This document shows positions 14,040 to 27,285 of a DNA stretch of 64,000 bases, one piece after another. The position numbers were made by a program, and so were the translations under genes. Source of the stretch: Hypanus sabinus (Eukaryota); the NCBI RefSeq assembly GCF_030144855.1, contig NC_082721.1:28148001-28212000 (forward strand). The letters run 5' to 3'. Within the stretch, counting starts at the first letter, position 1, and each line of letters begins with the position of its first letter. The notes under the pieces are model-generated. The model did not search any database. It worked only from the letters and a program-made list of their open reading frames with translations, and was not told the DNA's origin.

Positions 14040-15330
14040 GGTTCATGCGCTTCAGCAAACCTTTACGATGGTGATGGTCACTGTTCCCATGGAGTGTTGA
14101 TGCAAGTTTAGGCGTGACGGAGCGACACCCGCTGCTACATCTGGATGGCATCCACGGTCTAGCCTGGGTCGTCGCGGATCATCTGAGTGTTCGGCGTCTC
14201 ACATAACGCGCCCTTGCCCCCAGTTAGAGCTATGGATGTATCCCAATGATCAGGAAAATGTGGGACACGGTGGAGGGAAGGAGAGGGTGATGTGGGAACT
14301 GGGCGAACCTTAAAATACAACAGGCAGAGGGCGAAACGGTACCTTTTTAAACACCCTCGGACCCATTTAAAATGAAGGATCCCATCCCCCCCCACGAGAA
14401 TGAGCTGTAGCAACACCGAGACGTGACACGGGGCGGGGACAGGAACATTTTAATGACGTCACTACGAAACTATCGGCAGTATGTTTAGTACAGATTGTTA
14501 CAATGCTGACAATGCCAGCTGGTTTCGATGCGGTTTCTGCAAGATAGCCTTTCCTTTAAATAGCCAAAACAAGAGTCACTGCGCCGAGTAGTTGCGATGT
14601 TTTCAGAGATTCGGTTCCCTGCACACATCATTATAGCTTCTGAGGCCAAGTCTGCAAACTCAGAACACATGTAAGATCACGCAATATTTACTTCCTCCTT
14701 TTTGCAAATAATCTAACAGAGACTTGGTCAGATTGTCCTCCGCCGAAGATGGCTTCAGCCTTTATTTCGTGTGTAATGAACACATGCAAATCTCTCATTT
14801 TAAAAGCCTGTAGTAGTTATTATCAGTGATTTCCGCTGTGTGCGTCTATAGGGTGCCGCACCCGGAAGAGAAGTGGCCAATCAAATGCGCTTCAAAAGCA
14901 GGAGTTTAAAAAAAGCAACAGCGGTTGCCACGGTGACTGTCAATTGCACACCTGAGCGTTCCGACTTGCGGTCGAAATAAATTGATGTAATTTGTTGCAA
15001 ACCCGCAGAACTGCTGCAGTAAATTTAAAGTATTTTTTTCCACGATATTTAAAAATCTGTAAGTCCTCGAAAAACAGATTTTTTTTCCAGGTTTCAAGAA
15101 AAGAGAGAGAAAAAATCACCAGCGCAAAAAAATAAATTTAATTCAACCAACTGTATTTCTATCGTCCCCTTTACCATTTCGAGACATAATTGACATGAAG
15201 TGGTTAAAGGGACGACAGAAATATAATTTAAAATACACTTAAAGTGTGAGTAATTTTACAATGGAGGACGCGTGGGCGTGCATGAGGTGACGATATCGGT
15301 TGGTCTATTTTTAGAGGATTAAAGGTACGT
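14040..15330. promoter_or_regulatory. Orphan CpG-rich promoter-like island inside intron 1a
   Basis: High CpG retention; GGGGCGGGG 14430, TGACGTCA 14454, AAGATGGC 14746, ATGCAAAT 14784, CCGGAAG 14862, CCAAT 14877, X-box GTTGCCACGGTGAC 14924. Confidence 0.55.
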
Positions 15331-15696
15331 CCCTTTCGGTTTCAGACCTTGTACAAGTGATTACACCCTCATTCCAGACCATCCCTTGACTTTATTATTT
15401 AATCAAAACTGTTTTCTGTAGAGCAGAGTACCACAACGGCTTTTGTAGGTGTTACCAGAATGACCCTGAAGGCACCTAAATACGTGACGATAAGCCTGGG
15501 GAGGGATCTAGTCTATAATTAGCATCTTAGAGGTGGACTCTGCCGGTTGCAGATGGAAGAGATAGCGTGTGGGTTTTAGCGAAGATTGGTGATTGGGGCA
15601 GTGATAAAAATTGGGATTGATCTAAAGAAACCGGGGCTCCAGAAACAGGGTGTGGCAGTGTAAGGAAACGGTTGAAAAGCCGGTTGCAAGATGCCA

Positions 15697-18200
15697 GAGA
15701 ACATAGGAAGCCGACCTTCGGCCCACAAAGCTGTGCCAAGCATGTCCTTACCTTAGAACTACCTAGGCTTACCCATAGCCCTCTATTTTTCTAAGCTCCA
15801 TGTATCCATCCAGGAGTCTCTTAAAAGGCCCTATGGTATCCGCCTCCACCACCACAGCTGGCAGCCCATTCCAGGCACTCACCACTCTCTGGTTTAAAAA
15901 AAAACTTATTCCTGACATCTCCTCTATAACTACTTCCAAACACCTTAATAATATGCCCTCCGGTGCTAGTCATTTCAGCCCTGGGATAAAGCCTCTGACT
16001 ATCCACAAGATCAATGTCTCTCATTATCTTGTACACCTTTATCAGGTCACCTCTCATCTTTCGTCACTCTGAGGAGAAAAGGCCGAGTTCACTCAACCTA
16101 TTCTCATATGGTATGCTCTCCAATCCAGGCAACATCCTTGTAAATCTTCTCTGCACCCTTTCTACATCCTTCCTGTGTAGTGAGGCGACCAGAACTGAGC
16201 ACAGTACTCCAAGTGTGGTCTGACTGGGGTCCTGTAGAGCTGCAACATTACCTCTTGGCGCTTAAAATCAATCCCACAATTGATCAAGACCAATGCTCTG
16301 TATTCCTTCTTAGTGACAGAGTCAACCTGTGCAGCAGCTTTGAGTGTCCTATGGACTTGGACCCCAAGATCCCTCTGATCCTCCACACTGCCAAGAGTCT
16401 TATTCTGTCATCATATTTGACCTACCAAAATGAACCACCTCACACTTAACTGGGTTGAACTCCATTTGCTACTTCTCATCCCAGTTTTTGCATCCTATTA
16501 ATGTCCCGCTGTAACCTCTGACAACCCTCCACTCTATCCACAACACCCCCAACCTTTGTGTCATCAGCATACCTACTAACCTATCCCTCCACTTTCTCAT
16601 CCAGGTCATTTATAAAAATCACAAAGAGAAGGGGTCCCAGAACAGATCCCTGAGGGACACCACTGGTCACCGACTTCCATGCAGAATATGACCAATCTAC
16701 AATCACCCTTTGCCTTCTGTGGGCAAGCCAGTTCTGGATCCACAAAGCAATGTCCCCTTTGGATCCCATGCCTCCTTACTTTCTCAATAAGCCTTGCATG
16801 GGGTACCTTATCAAATGCCTTGCTAAAATCCATGTACACGACATCTATGGCTCAACTTTCATCAATGTTTTTAGTCACATCCTGAAAAAGTTCAGTCAGG
16901 CTCGTAAGGCACGATCTGCCTTTGACAAAGCCATGCTGACTTTTCCTAATCATATTATACCTCTCCAAATGTTCATAAATCCTGCCTCTCAGGATCTTCT
17001 CCATCAACTTACCAACCACTGAAGTAAGACTCACTGGTCTATAATTTCCTGGGCTATCCCTACTCCCTCTTGAATAAGGGAACAACATCCGCAACCCTCC
17101 AATCCTCCGGAACCTCTACTGTCCTCATTGATGATGCAAAGATCATCACCAGAGGCTCAGCAAACTCCTCCCTCACCTCCCACAGTAGCCTGGGGTACAT
17201 CTCATCTGGTCCTAGTGACTTATCCAACTTGATGTTTTCCAAAAGCTCCAGCACATCCTCTTCCTTAAAATTTACATGCTCAATCTTTTCAGTCCACTTG
17301 GAAATCATCCGTAAAATTGCTAAAATCCTTTTCCATAGTGAATACTGAAGCAAAATATTCATTAAGTACCTCTGTCATCTCCTCCAGTTCCATTCTCACG
17401 TTTCCACTGTCACACTTGATTGGTCCTATTCTCTCACATCCTCTTGCTCTTCACATACTTGTAGTATGCCTTAGGGTTTTCCTTAATCCTGTCCGCTAAG
17501 GCCTTCTCATGGCCCCTTCTGGCTCTCCTAATTTCATTCTTAAATTCCTTCCTGCTAGCCTTATAATCTTCTAGATCTCTATCATTACCTAGTTTTCTGA
17601 ACCTTTCGTAAGCTCTTTTCTTCTTGACTAGATTTACAACAGCCTTTGTACACCATGGTTCCTGTACCCTACCATCCCTTCCCTGTCTCATTGGAATGTA
17701 GCTACGCAGAACCCCATGCAAATATCTCCTAAACATTTACCACATTTCTTCTGTACATTTCCCTGAGATCATCTGCTTCCAATTTATGCTTCCAAGTTCC
17801 TGCCTGATAGCCTCATATTTCCCGTTACTTTAATTAAACATTTCCCTAACTTGTCTGTTCCTATCCTTCTCCAATGCTATGGTAAAGGAGATAGAATTAT
17901 GATTGCTATCTCCAAAATGCTCTTCCACGGAGAGAACTGACACCTGATCAGGGTCAGTTCCTAATACCAGATCAAGTACAGCCTCTCCTCTTGTAGGCTT
18001 ATCTACATATTGTGTCAAGAAACCTTCCTGAATACACCTAACAAACTCTGCCCCATCTAAATCCCTCACTCTAGGGAGATGCCAATCAATATTTGGGAAA
18101 TCAAAATTTCCCACCATAACAACCCTGTTATTATTACTCCTTTCCAGAATCTGTCTCCCTATCTGCTCCTTGATGTCCCTGTTACCAATGGTTGGTCTAT
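15697..18200 (-). mobile_element. CR1-type LINE, about 2.5 kb of frameshifted ORF2 (endonuclease C-terminus and RT)
   Basis: [74 protein letters not shown]. Confidence 0.93.
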
Positions 18201-18469
18201 TTTTTTTTATTTAAGATATGGATATTGCTAGCAGGACTGGCATTTATTGCTCCAACTATACACAAGAAATAAAATCAGCCTGTTGCAGTCAGTATTGTTG
18301 GATAAGGAGTCCAGGGAATTACACCCAGTGATGATAAGGGTCGATTGAGGAGTATGTGACTTGGAAGGGTTGATTGGTGTTGGTGACCCTGTACATCTGA
18401 CTGTGATTGTGAGAGAACCCCAAGTTCATAACTGCACTGCACCTAGTAGGTAAATTGCAGCCACTGCGT

Positions 18470-18790
18470 ACGTGTGTTGGTGGAGAGCATTCTGAGTGGT
18501 TGCATCATACCTTGGTATGGGAACTCCAACGGAAAGCATTGCAAAAGGCTTCAGAGAATTGTAGACCGAGCCAGCTCCGTCACAGGCACAACCCTCCCCA
18601 CCAACGGGGTGGGGGGTGGGGGTGACTCAGGAAGGCAACATCCGTCATTAAGGACCTTCGCTGTCTTCTCGTTACTACCACCAGGGAGGAGGTACAGGAG
18701 TCTGAAGAGCCGCACTCAATGATCCAGGGACAGCTTCTTCCCCTCTATCATCTGATTTTTGAACAGTCCATAAACACTACCTCATTGTCC
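18470..18790 (+). mobile_element. Rex/Babar LINE 3' fragment
   Basis: VESILSGCIIPWYGN...FSLLPPGRRYRSLKSRT. Confidence 0.7.
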
Positions 18791-20106
18791 CCAGCTACCT
18801 GCAGGTTAGCGGAGGGAAGGAGTGCCTTACACCACTTTTGGTAGAGACATATCTCCACCCCACCCGGTGCTGTATTAATCATCTAATTTGTGCTCATGAT
18901 GGAAAGACTTTGCGATGTCAAGAGGAAGAGTCAGGCTACTCAAGCTCTGACCTGGTGATGAGTGGCCAGATTCTTGTTGGAGATGATCACTTGATGGCAC
19001 GTGTGGTGTGAATATTACTTAGTCTGTTTATCCAGGTCTTATTGCAGATGAATGAAAGGTGAATGGGTCTTGGTGCAAGTTGGGACATAAGCAGTAATGA
19101 TTAGGACCGATCTACTTTATGAACGATGTCAAAGGTTAGACAGATTGGGAGGGCAAACAAATCACAATACATGGAGATTACAAAAGCACAGATGAGGGTT
19201 TCAGTGCAGTTGAGTTCATGAAACCATTGGTGATTTTCCCCATAACCAAGTAGCTTGCTGGACAAGCTGCAGGAAGTCATGGCCCTGGAGTCATACAGCA
19301 AAGGTACAGACCCTTCAGCACAACCAATCCATGTGAACCATCCAACTAGATCCACCTTCCTGCATTCGGCCCACATCCCCCGAAGTGCCACCCCTCCGTG
19401 TACCGATCCAAGGGCTGCTGGAATGATACTATTGTACTTGCCTCTGGCTGCTTGCCCTATGTACTCCAGACCCTCTGCATGAAAATATTGCTTTCCTTTT
19501 AAATATTTCCCTTCTCACCCTAAACCTGCGCCTGCCAGTTTTGGGTTCCCCTGCCTGGGGGAAAGACTATTACCATCCAGCTTATCTGTGCCTCTCAGAA
19601 TTTCCATTATGGCCACCCTTCATTCTCCTATGTCCCAAGGAATAAAGACCTAGCGTGGCCAACCTCTCCGTATGAAGTGTTTATCCAGGTCGTCATCCTG
19701 TGGTGGCCACCAGCATCCCGGTGGTCAGAAAGGGAAAATCTCTGTGGAAGAGCACACAGCATCTATTGATTCCCTCTCATGGGACAACTTTTTGAGACTG
19801 AGTAAAATAAACCCCTCCCAGCATCACGGAGATTCACCATGGAATACCCGGCCTGAGACCAGGTCATTTATGTGACCGCTGTGGTTGAGCTTTAGGATCC
19901 TTGCAACCTTGGTGATACTTTGGTTGAAGTCTGATTGAGTACCAGAGGAACGGGTTTCAAGATTCAAGATGGTTTGTCATTCTTCGCTACACAAGTGTAA
20001 AGGAGAACAAAACGATTGTTACTCCAGATATGATGCAGCAAGAGTAAGCATACGATAAGCATGAAACACAGTAAGTATAAGTGCATAAGATGAGCTGATA
20101 TACATA

Positions 20107-20593
20107 GACTCAGCAGCCACTTTATTTGGTAACTCCTGAATCGAATAAAGTTGCCACTGAGTGTGTGTTTGTGGTCTTCTGCTGCTGTGGTGCATCCAGT
20201 TCAAGGTTCGACGTGTTGTGGGCTCAGAGATTCAATTCTTGCACTCCACTGTTTGTCGTGTGGTTATCTGAGTTACTGCCACTTTCCTGACCTCGCTCTT
20301 TAACAAGTCATGTCTGCTGCCCACTGGATGGGTTTTTTTTTGCACCATTCTCTAAACTCTAGAGACTGTTGTGCAGGGAAAATCCCAGGAGATCAGCCAG
20401 TTTCCGAGATATTCAAATCACCCTGCCTGGTATCAACCACCATTCCATGATCAAAATCACTTAGATTGCATTCCTGATGATTGGCCAAACAACAACTGAA
20501 CCTGCTTTCATGCACTGAGCTGCTGCCACATGATTGGCCAATGAGATATTTGCATTAACGAGCAGGTGCGCCTAGTAACGTGGCCTCTGAGTG
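20107..20593. mobile_element. Degraded Tc1-like MITE
   Basis: Degenerate inverted termini of the cactcagtggccactttatt type at both ends, plus an internal copy near 20145-20163. Confidence 0.5.
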
Positions 20594-20861
20594 CCTACCA
20601 AGCATATGTACATAAAGTCTCTCCAGGTACAGGAGTGTCTGTACACAAGGTGACTCTGACAGGAAATGATAAAGTAGTCGTGTTTTGGCCTGGGACAAAA
20701 AGTTTTGCTTAGTAAATAAACACCGTCACAGGACATTTTGAGTCGGTGCACCTGTGTCTAATATGTATAAGAAATGAGCTTCAGTGTCAGACTGTCCTGA
20801 AAGGAAAGGACTCTATAACTCTTTGAACAGAATTACACTGTTGCAGGGCACATAACTTCTA

Positions 20862-21435
20862 GATAACTTACAAGAATGCTGTTCCCTCCGCTCAGTTCCT
20901 CTGCGTCCGCTGTGTCTGTTCTCACGATGAGACTTCCTATTCCAGGAAGCCCAAAGTTCTCAGAAAACAGGGTTTCCCCTTCACTGCTGCCAATGCAGCC
21001 ATCATCCACGTCTCTGTCCGCATGTCTCCCCTCACCCTCTACCCCTTTCCCCCCAACATAACAGGTCTCATGAGCCTCCACATCCACTGGGCACACGTTC
21101 TCCGCTCTGGGGAGACTGCGCTGTGCGTGACGTGACTTGTCCCGAGCCTCCTCGCCAGGGTCCCTCCAGGTCCTTATCCCTAAAGCCACCCCTGCCCCTT
21201 CACCTCCACTCAGAGACCTAAACAGTCCTTCCAGGTGAGGCAGCAGCTCACCTGTGGATCCGCTGAGGTCGTCTGTTGTTTCCAGTGCTGACAGTGCAGC
21301 CTCCTCTACTTAAATGAGACCTACACAGTCTGGGGGATCATCCCATTGAGCACCTTAGCTCTGTCTGCCATAACAGCCAGGATCTCCTGGTGGCCAGCCA
21401 TTTTAATTCCATTCCCCTTCCCACACCGACATCTG
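20862..21435 (+). mobile_element. Penelope-like element fragment
   Basis: Degenerate match to the 52.2-53.0 kb copy (ccttccaggtgaggcagcagctcacctgtg; tggccagccattttaattcc). Confidence 0.7.
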
Positions 21436-21725
21436 AGTGTTTTACTTTTAGAATACTGGTGTGTGGAGTCTTTCTTTTTCTTGTAAATTGTGCTGTTTGT
21501 TCATTTCCTGTAATTCTGGGGAATTCCTTCAGACTGGGTGTGGCGAGTGTACTATCTAGGTTTAACCAGGATAAAAGCTAACAGTTTCAGTTTTGAATCC
21601 AGTGGAAATTATTACCTTAAAAGTAGATAATATAAGCATTAAAATACTTGGAGTGATAAAAAACACGTTGCACAGTGTGCGGTGAGATTCAAGAGCAATT
21701 TCCATTACCGGGGAACAGTAGATTA

Positions 21726-23390
21726 CACCGGACAACAAAGATCTTGCTTCCTGAATACTTTTTGGTGTACCTGATGGATTTTTAGCTGCTGATCATGAAA
21801 ATCACTGAGAAATTTTCCCTCTCGTGCACCGTTTTTTAAAAGAAAATTGCCTGTATTTGTTATTTCAATTCATAATTCAACTCAATTAAAATGTTGCCTA
21901 CAGTGTAAGCTGAAAGGTTACCTGTCTTGTCCAGGCATGCCTGGGAATGTTTAGACAGGGCGGATGCTGGACGACAGGTCAGGTTTTAGAAAGGCTGTAA
22001 AAAACATCATACACGCACAGTTCTATGCATTGCTTTAACATGTGTATCAGTTTACAATCAGGTTGATGTACATGCATAGTATATTGTGTGTACTCATTAT
22101 AATAAAGTAATTGCATTTACAGGAGTATTTGTGATAGCAAAATGTCTCACCAATGTTGTAACAGCTTCGACACTTGCTATTATATTTGTGAGTATGTGCT
22201 TAAGTCTCCTATTAAGAAAGCCTACGAGTGCCAGTTTGGGCGTAAACTTGGCGGCCGGGACAAAGCGTGGGCTCCTCTCATTTGTTGTGCAACATGCGCT
22301 GTTGATCTCTGAGCCAAACTCTAAGGTACTCAGTAGTCAATTCTGTTCACTGTCCCAGTGATATGGTGAGAGCAGAAGGATCATGTGACACACTGCTCCT
22401 TTTCTCTGTCCATTATGTCTGGTTTTGCTGCTAAGAACAAGAAATTGATTGATTACCCCAGTCTCCCTTTAGCCCTGAAGACATTACCGCATGCCGATAG
22501 TCATGGAGTTTGGAGGCGGCAGACGAAGATGTCACAATGCACAATCCAGGAATGGAAAACGACACTGATACTGATACAGATTTTTGAATCCTTTATGTTG
22601 AGTGAGCCTCCCCTGATAACTCAATCTGAGTTAAATTACCAGAGGCAAAAGAAGAATTACTAGGTTCAAGACTGCGAGGATGGAATCTGCTGTCACCAGG
22701 CACAAAGATTTCTGTGAAGGATTTTGATATTTGAGACAGATGTTTCCCAGCATAATTGATGCCAGGATTAAGTAAGACGTTTTTGTTGGTCCACATATCA
22801 AACAGGTCATCAATGACAGGCAATTTGAAGAATTTCTAGTGGGACCAGAGAAGATCATATGGAAGGCATTCGAGGATGTCGTTGAAAGTTTTCTTGGTAA
22901 CTACAGGGCATCAAACTATGTGCAGCTGGTTGACAACATGCTTCAAGCATACAAAACCATGAAGTGCAACATGTCACTAAAGATTCACTTTCTGCATTCC
23001 CATTTAGGCTTCTTCCCCGCAAACCTTGGCACTGTCAGTGACGAGCATGAGGGAAGGTTTCAGCAGGACATTGTGGTCATGGAGAAACAGTATCGGGGCA
23101 ACTGGAATCCATCATCTGACTGATTATTGTTGAACACTTAAGCAAGAAGCCTCAGACACTGAGTACAAACAAAAATCATTAACAAAACATTTTTAGCTTA
23201 GTTGAACTATTGCAAAGTGCCAGCATCATAACGTAATTAAGTGAATTATATTAAATAAAAGTTAATTTCTCCAAATTCCTACGTAATGCAAGTAGCCTGA
23301 AATTATATTTGTGTTCAGCTTCAAGTGGTCTTTCATAACCTTAAGAATTTCTGAGGAAGCAAGACTTTAGAAACAATTTGCTGTCCAATG
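21726..23390 (+). mobile_element. Internally deleted Chapaev3-like (CMC superfamily) DNA transposon
   Basis: TIRs CACCGGACAACAAA and TTTGCTGTCCAATG, with TTA on both flanks; transposase remnant FLGNYRASNYVQLVDNMLQAYKTMKCNMSLKIHFLHSHLGFFPANLGTVSDEHEGRFQQDI. Confidence 0.8.
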
Positions 23391-24689
23391 TTACCTAGAG
23401 TTTAAGGGCATTCAGAGACTCTCCGAGTGGTTCCACAGTAGGAGGCAATTTGGCCTGTTGAATCCATACTGGCTCTGTTCCAGGGCAATTGAACTAGTCT
23501 TATCTTTGGGTACTTCACAGCACCGTCTTCTTCCAAGTTCAAGTCTGTTCCCCACGGGCACTGCCTAATGGTTTTAAAAAAACTAGGCTAGTCTCTTTCC
23601 CCTTGACCATTGAAATTCTTTCCTGTTAAATACTGTACATACCTCGTTCCCTTTTGAATGTTGCATTAAATCTCCCTCCACTATTACCCCTGGCAGTCCA
23701 TTTCAGATCCTAAACACCAGCCGTGCTTTTTTTAAAAACATCCTTGTGACACTCTCGGTTCTCTTGCCAATCATCTTTTTCCTATGTGCTGTTCTGTACA
23801 CTTTTCTATGTACTTTTGACCTTACTAGCGGAGAAGGTTTCTCCGTTTTTATCATCTCATGGTTTTAAAAGCCCTTATCAGTTCTCTCTGTAACCTCCTC
23901 TGTTCTGTGGAGAACAAACCTAACTCTAGTCAATTCTCATGATTGAAGTCCCCCATCACTGGAATAATTTTGGCAAAAGGCTTCTGAGCCTTCGCAGTTT
24001 TCCTGGCTAGAACTGGACATGAGTCCTCCAGTTTTGGCCAAACCAATATTTTATAAATGTCCATTGTGATTTCTCTGAGAATGGCAAAAATTGCAAGAAC
24101 AACAAGAGCAAGTTTTGCACAAGTCACTTCTAACGTTTGATATTGCTGGTGTGCCTTCAGAACTTGATTATACAAATCCATCATGTTTTTTTTATATGTG
24201 AACAATACTGACAAGACTGGCACTTGTTGCCTGTTCTTAACTGCCTGTAAATTGAGGCCATATTTCAGAGTGAAGTAAATCAGCAGACCTGGAGTCACAT
24301 ATAGATAGGTCAGGCTACAGCCGGGGAGCAGATTTCCTTTTATTAAGGGATGCTAATGACACCAGTAGGCTTTTTAACCACAAAACATTCAAATTGTATT
24401 GATCATGATTAATCCAACTATCTTCAGCCAGAGTTAATACAAATGGTTGATGAGTTTTGAAGGGTCTTGGCCCAAAACATTGGCTACTCTTTTCTCACGG
24501 ATGCTGCCTGACCTGCTGAGATCTTCCAGCGTGTGTACGTATTCTTTGATCCACAGCATCTGCAGTTGTATTTTTGTGTTTTGAATTTGTATTACTGGAT
24601 CAAAGGTTCCGATTTCTGGTTACTCGTGCGATGAGTTAGCTTCAGTACTTTTGAAAATCTCTGTATTTGTACTCATTTAAAATGTTCCA

Positions 24690-25290
24690 CCAAATGAGGC
24701 CGTCCATTGGTCAGGGTCAAACATGGGATGTTGCATCCTCGCGTCTAAATGATACGCAAGGCAGGACAGTACGATACGGAGAGCAAGCTGTTGCCCATGT
24801 AGCAGCCCCCCTCCCACACAGCTGATGAATCCAAAGGAATGGCGGAGACCGATATAGTTTGGCATCAGTGGTAACACAGGAGTTGCCAGTCAGCATTGAA
24901 CTCAACATAGGACTGCCTTAGGGATGCCAGCTCTGGATTTTTCCCTCGGGGGTTTTTTCCTGAACCCTTCCCCATGAGTAGGTATAGCTGCAGGGCAGCA
25001 GAGGTTTGAGATCACAGTTTTTCCTTCTCCCAGGTGAGCTGCCAGCCTCTGCTGACAAGCTCCAACTGCCCAAAGCGACTGGTTTCAAGGTGCCAGTAGG
25101 CCTCCTTTGCCCCTTCTTCTGTCAGTAGAAATGATTCTGCCAGGCTCAGTAGCTAAGCCACATGTGGAGGCCAGGAGCCGACGTGGTTGTCAGAGGCATG
25201 TTTGAGATACACGCTATTGGGAGCATTTACTAGTTAGTGTGAGCTTACCCCACTACCTCCCCAGGCTATAACAACATTAAGAAACCAGTG
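24690..25290 (-). mobile_element. RTE-related non-autonomous retroelement
   Basis: Tail similar to the RTE-tailed SINE at 48928-49212. Confidence 0.45.
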
Positions 25291-25467
25291 AATTTTCTGC
25301 CAGTTTAAGCTAAACACCACCAGAGGGCATCAATGCTCATCTTCTGATTTACAATTGGTAACAAAACCAGGTGTACTGATGTTGTAATTCATAGCAAAGG
25401 TCCAGTCATCAGGAATATGACTTTTAAACTACTGTCACTCTTGCTCTCTGCTTTTAAATTTCTGGGT

Positions 25468-25990
25468 ATACAGTATTTGGGCACATATATTTATAAATAG
25501 CTGGGGTGCATAAGACTTTTGCACAGTACTGCATTTGTCAACATGGAGCGGTGAGCGAGTTTGGAAACCTGGTGACAGCAAAGAATGTTGGAAATGGCGA
25601 GAGTGGGTGCCACGGGTAGGGTGAGGTGAGATGCCAACGGTGGAGTGTAGTGTGGGTGCAGACACACCCAGCCCTGAGGGAACAGGCAAGGTTATTCGAT
25701 TCTAAACGATTGATTTATTGATCACTGTAAAATGTCTCTCTGGTGCTTCCCTTGCCCTCCCCTTTCCCTTCCCATTTTCCCAACCGATTCTCCTCTCCCT
25801 TCCCCTTTTCTCAACCATTATACCCCTCTCCCTGCCTCCTTCCCACTCTCAGTCCACAATAGAGCCCATATCAGAATCATCACTCATATATGTCATAAAA
25901 TTAGTTTCTTTAACATGGCAGCAATATAGTACAATACATAAAATTACTACAGTATTGTGCACAAGTCTTAAGCTCCCTAGCTATATAGGA
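25468..25990. mobile_element. Tc1/mariner-derived repeat
   Basis: Inverted copies of a cagtactgtgcaaaagtctta-type terminus near 25510-25531 and 25950-25972. Confidence 0.45.
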
Positions 25991-26497
25991 CCACACCAGC
26001 TCAAATTTGGGATCATGTCCAGCCATTTTTGCACAGCAAGATTCCACCAGCAGTAATGTGTAGCTGTTTCTTTCCTTTGTTACTTTTAGGTTTCTTTGAC
26101 GACTTGCAGGTTTTCTTAAAATAACATAAGAATATTACCTTTAAATGAATGTGGCACAGTGGTTGTTACTGAGCTAACAAAATGGGATTCATCGACTCTG
26201 CTTTGATATTTAAATCCCCTGTGCATAATCAGAAATTTTAAAACAAGCCAATGATGTGCACAAAACTACCTGATGTTTGGCTCACTAATTCTCCAGGGAG
26301 GAAATCTGCCATCCTTGCCGGTTGTGATGTCAGCCTTGCTAATGAAATTGACACCCTCAAATCACCTGTTGAGCCCTTCAGTTGTACTAAAATACTGAAA
26401 AAGAAAGAGAATCAAACTGGACGAATCATCCCTCCCACTTTGCAATCGGTCTATGTACCAATATTCCTCATGGTCCTCAAATATTTGAGGTGGTTCC

Positions 26498-26883
26498 AAA
26501 GAGTTGTGAAGGACCCCATGCACCCCTCATACAAACTCTTCTCCCTCCTGCCGTCTGGGAAAAGGCACCGAAGCATTCAGGCTCTCACGACCAGACTATG
26601 TAACGGTTTCTTCCCCTAAGCTATCAGACTCCTCAATACCCAGAGCTTGGACTGACACCTTACTGCCCTATTGTCTTGTTTATTATTTATTGCAATGCCT
26701 GCACTGTTTTATGCACTTTATGCAGTCCTGGGTAGGTCTGTAGTCTAGTGTAGTTGTTTTTTCTGTGTTTTATTTTGTACTATGTCATGTGACACCATGG
26801 TTCTGAAAAACATTGTCTCATTTTTACTGTGTACTGCATCAGCAGTTATGGTTGAAATGACAATAAAAAGTGACTTGACTTGA
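26498..26883 (+). mobile_element. Rex/Babar LINE 3' end
   Basis: VKDPMHPSYKLFSLLPSGKRHRSIQALTTRLCNGFFP, then AATAAA and a (gactt)n tail. Confidence 0.75.
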
Positions 26884-26939
26884 AGTGGCGGTCTGACACA
26901 ATCATTGTTTCTTCCTAATTGTTATTATCAGACCTTCTC

Positions 26940-27285
26940 ATAGAAAAGGCCCAGAGAGCGTGGACGTGGAGCGGATGTTTCCTGTAGTGGGGGAGTCCAG
27001 GACGACAGGGCACAGCCTCAGAACGGTGATGAGGAGTTATTTCTTTAGCCAGAGCGTGGTGAATCTCTGGAATTCATTGCCACAGACGGCTGCGCAGGCC
27101 AACTCCTTGGGTATAGTTAAAATGGAGGTTGATAGGTTCTTGATGCATTAGGGTGTTAAGGATTATGGGGAGAAGGCAGGACAATGGGGTTGAAAGGGGT
27201 AATAAATCAGCCATGGAATGGCAGAGCAGATTTGATGGGCCAAATGGCCTAATTCTGCTCCTATATTTTATGATTTTATGGTCCC
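26940..27285 (+). mobile_element. CR1 3' fragment
   Basis: ERMFPVVGESRTTGHSL...FFSQSVVNLWNSLPQ and the gggccaaatggcctaattctgctcct tail. Similar fragments at about 6380-6705(-), 12175-12515(+), 42930-43205(+), 53490-53735(-) and 60530-60675(+). Confidence 0.8.

Noticed and set aside
14481-14591. Short ORF with C2H2-like spacing (FRCGFCKIAFPLNSQNKSH)
   Set aside because: Stop codon where the last His should be, no conserved Leu, single unit; likely chance.
14400-15100. snRNA, 7SK or tRNA-Sec gene suggested by the octamer motif
   Set aside because: I could not recognise any of these RNA sequences on either strand.
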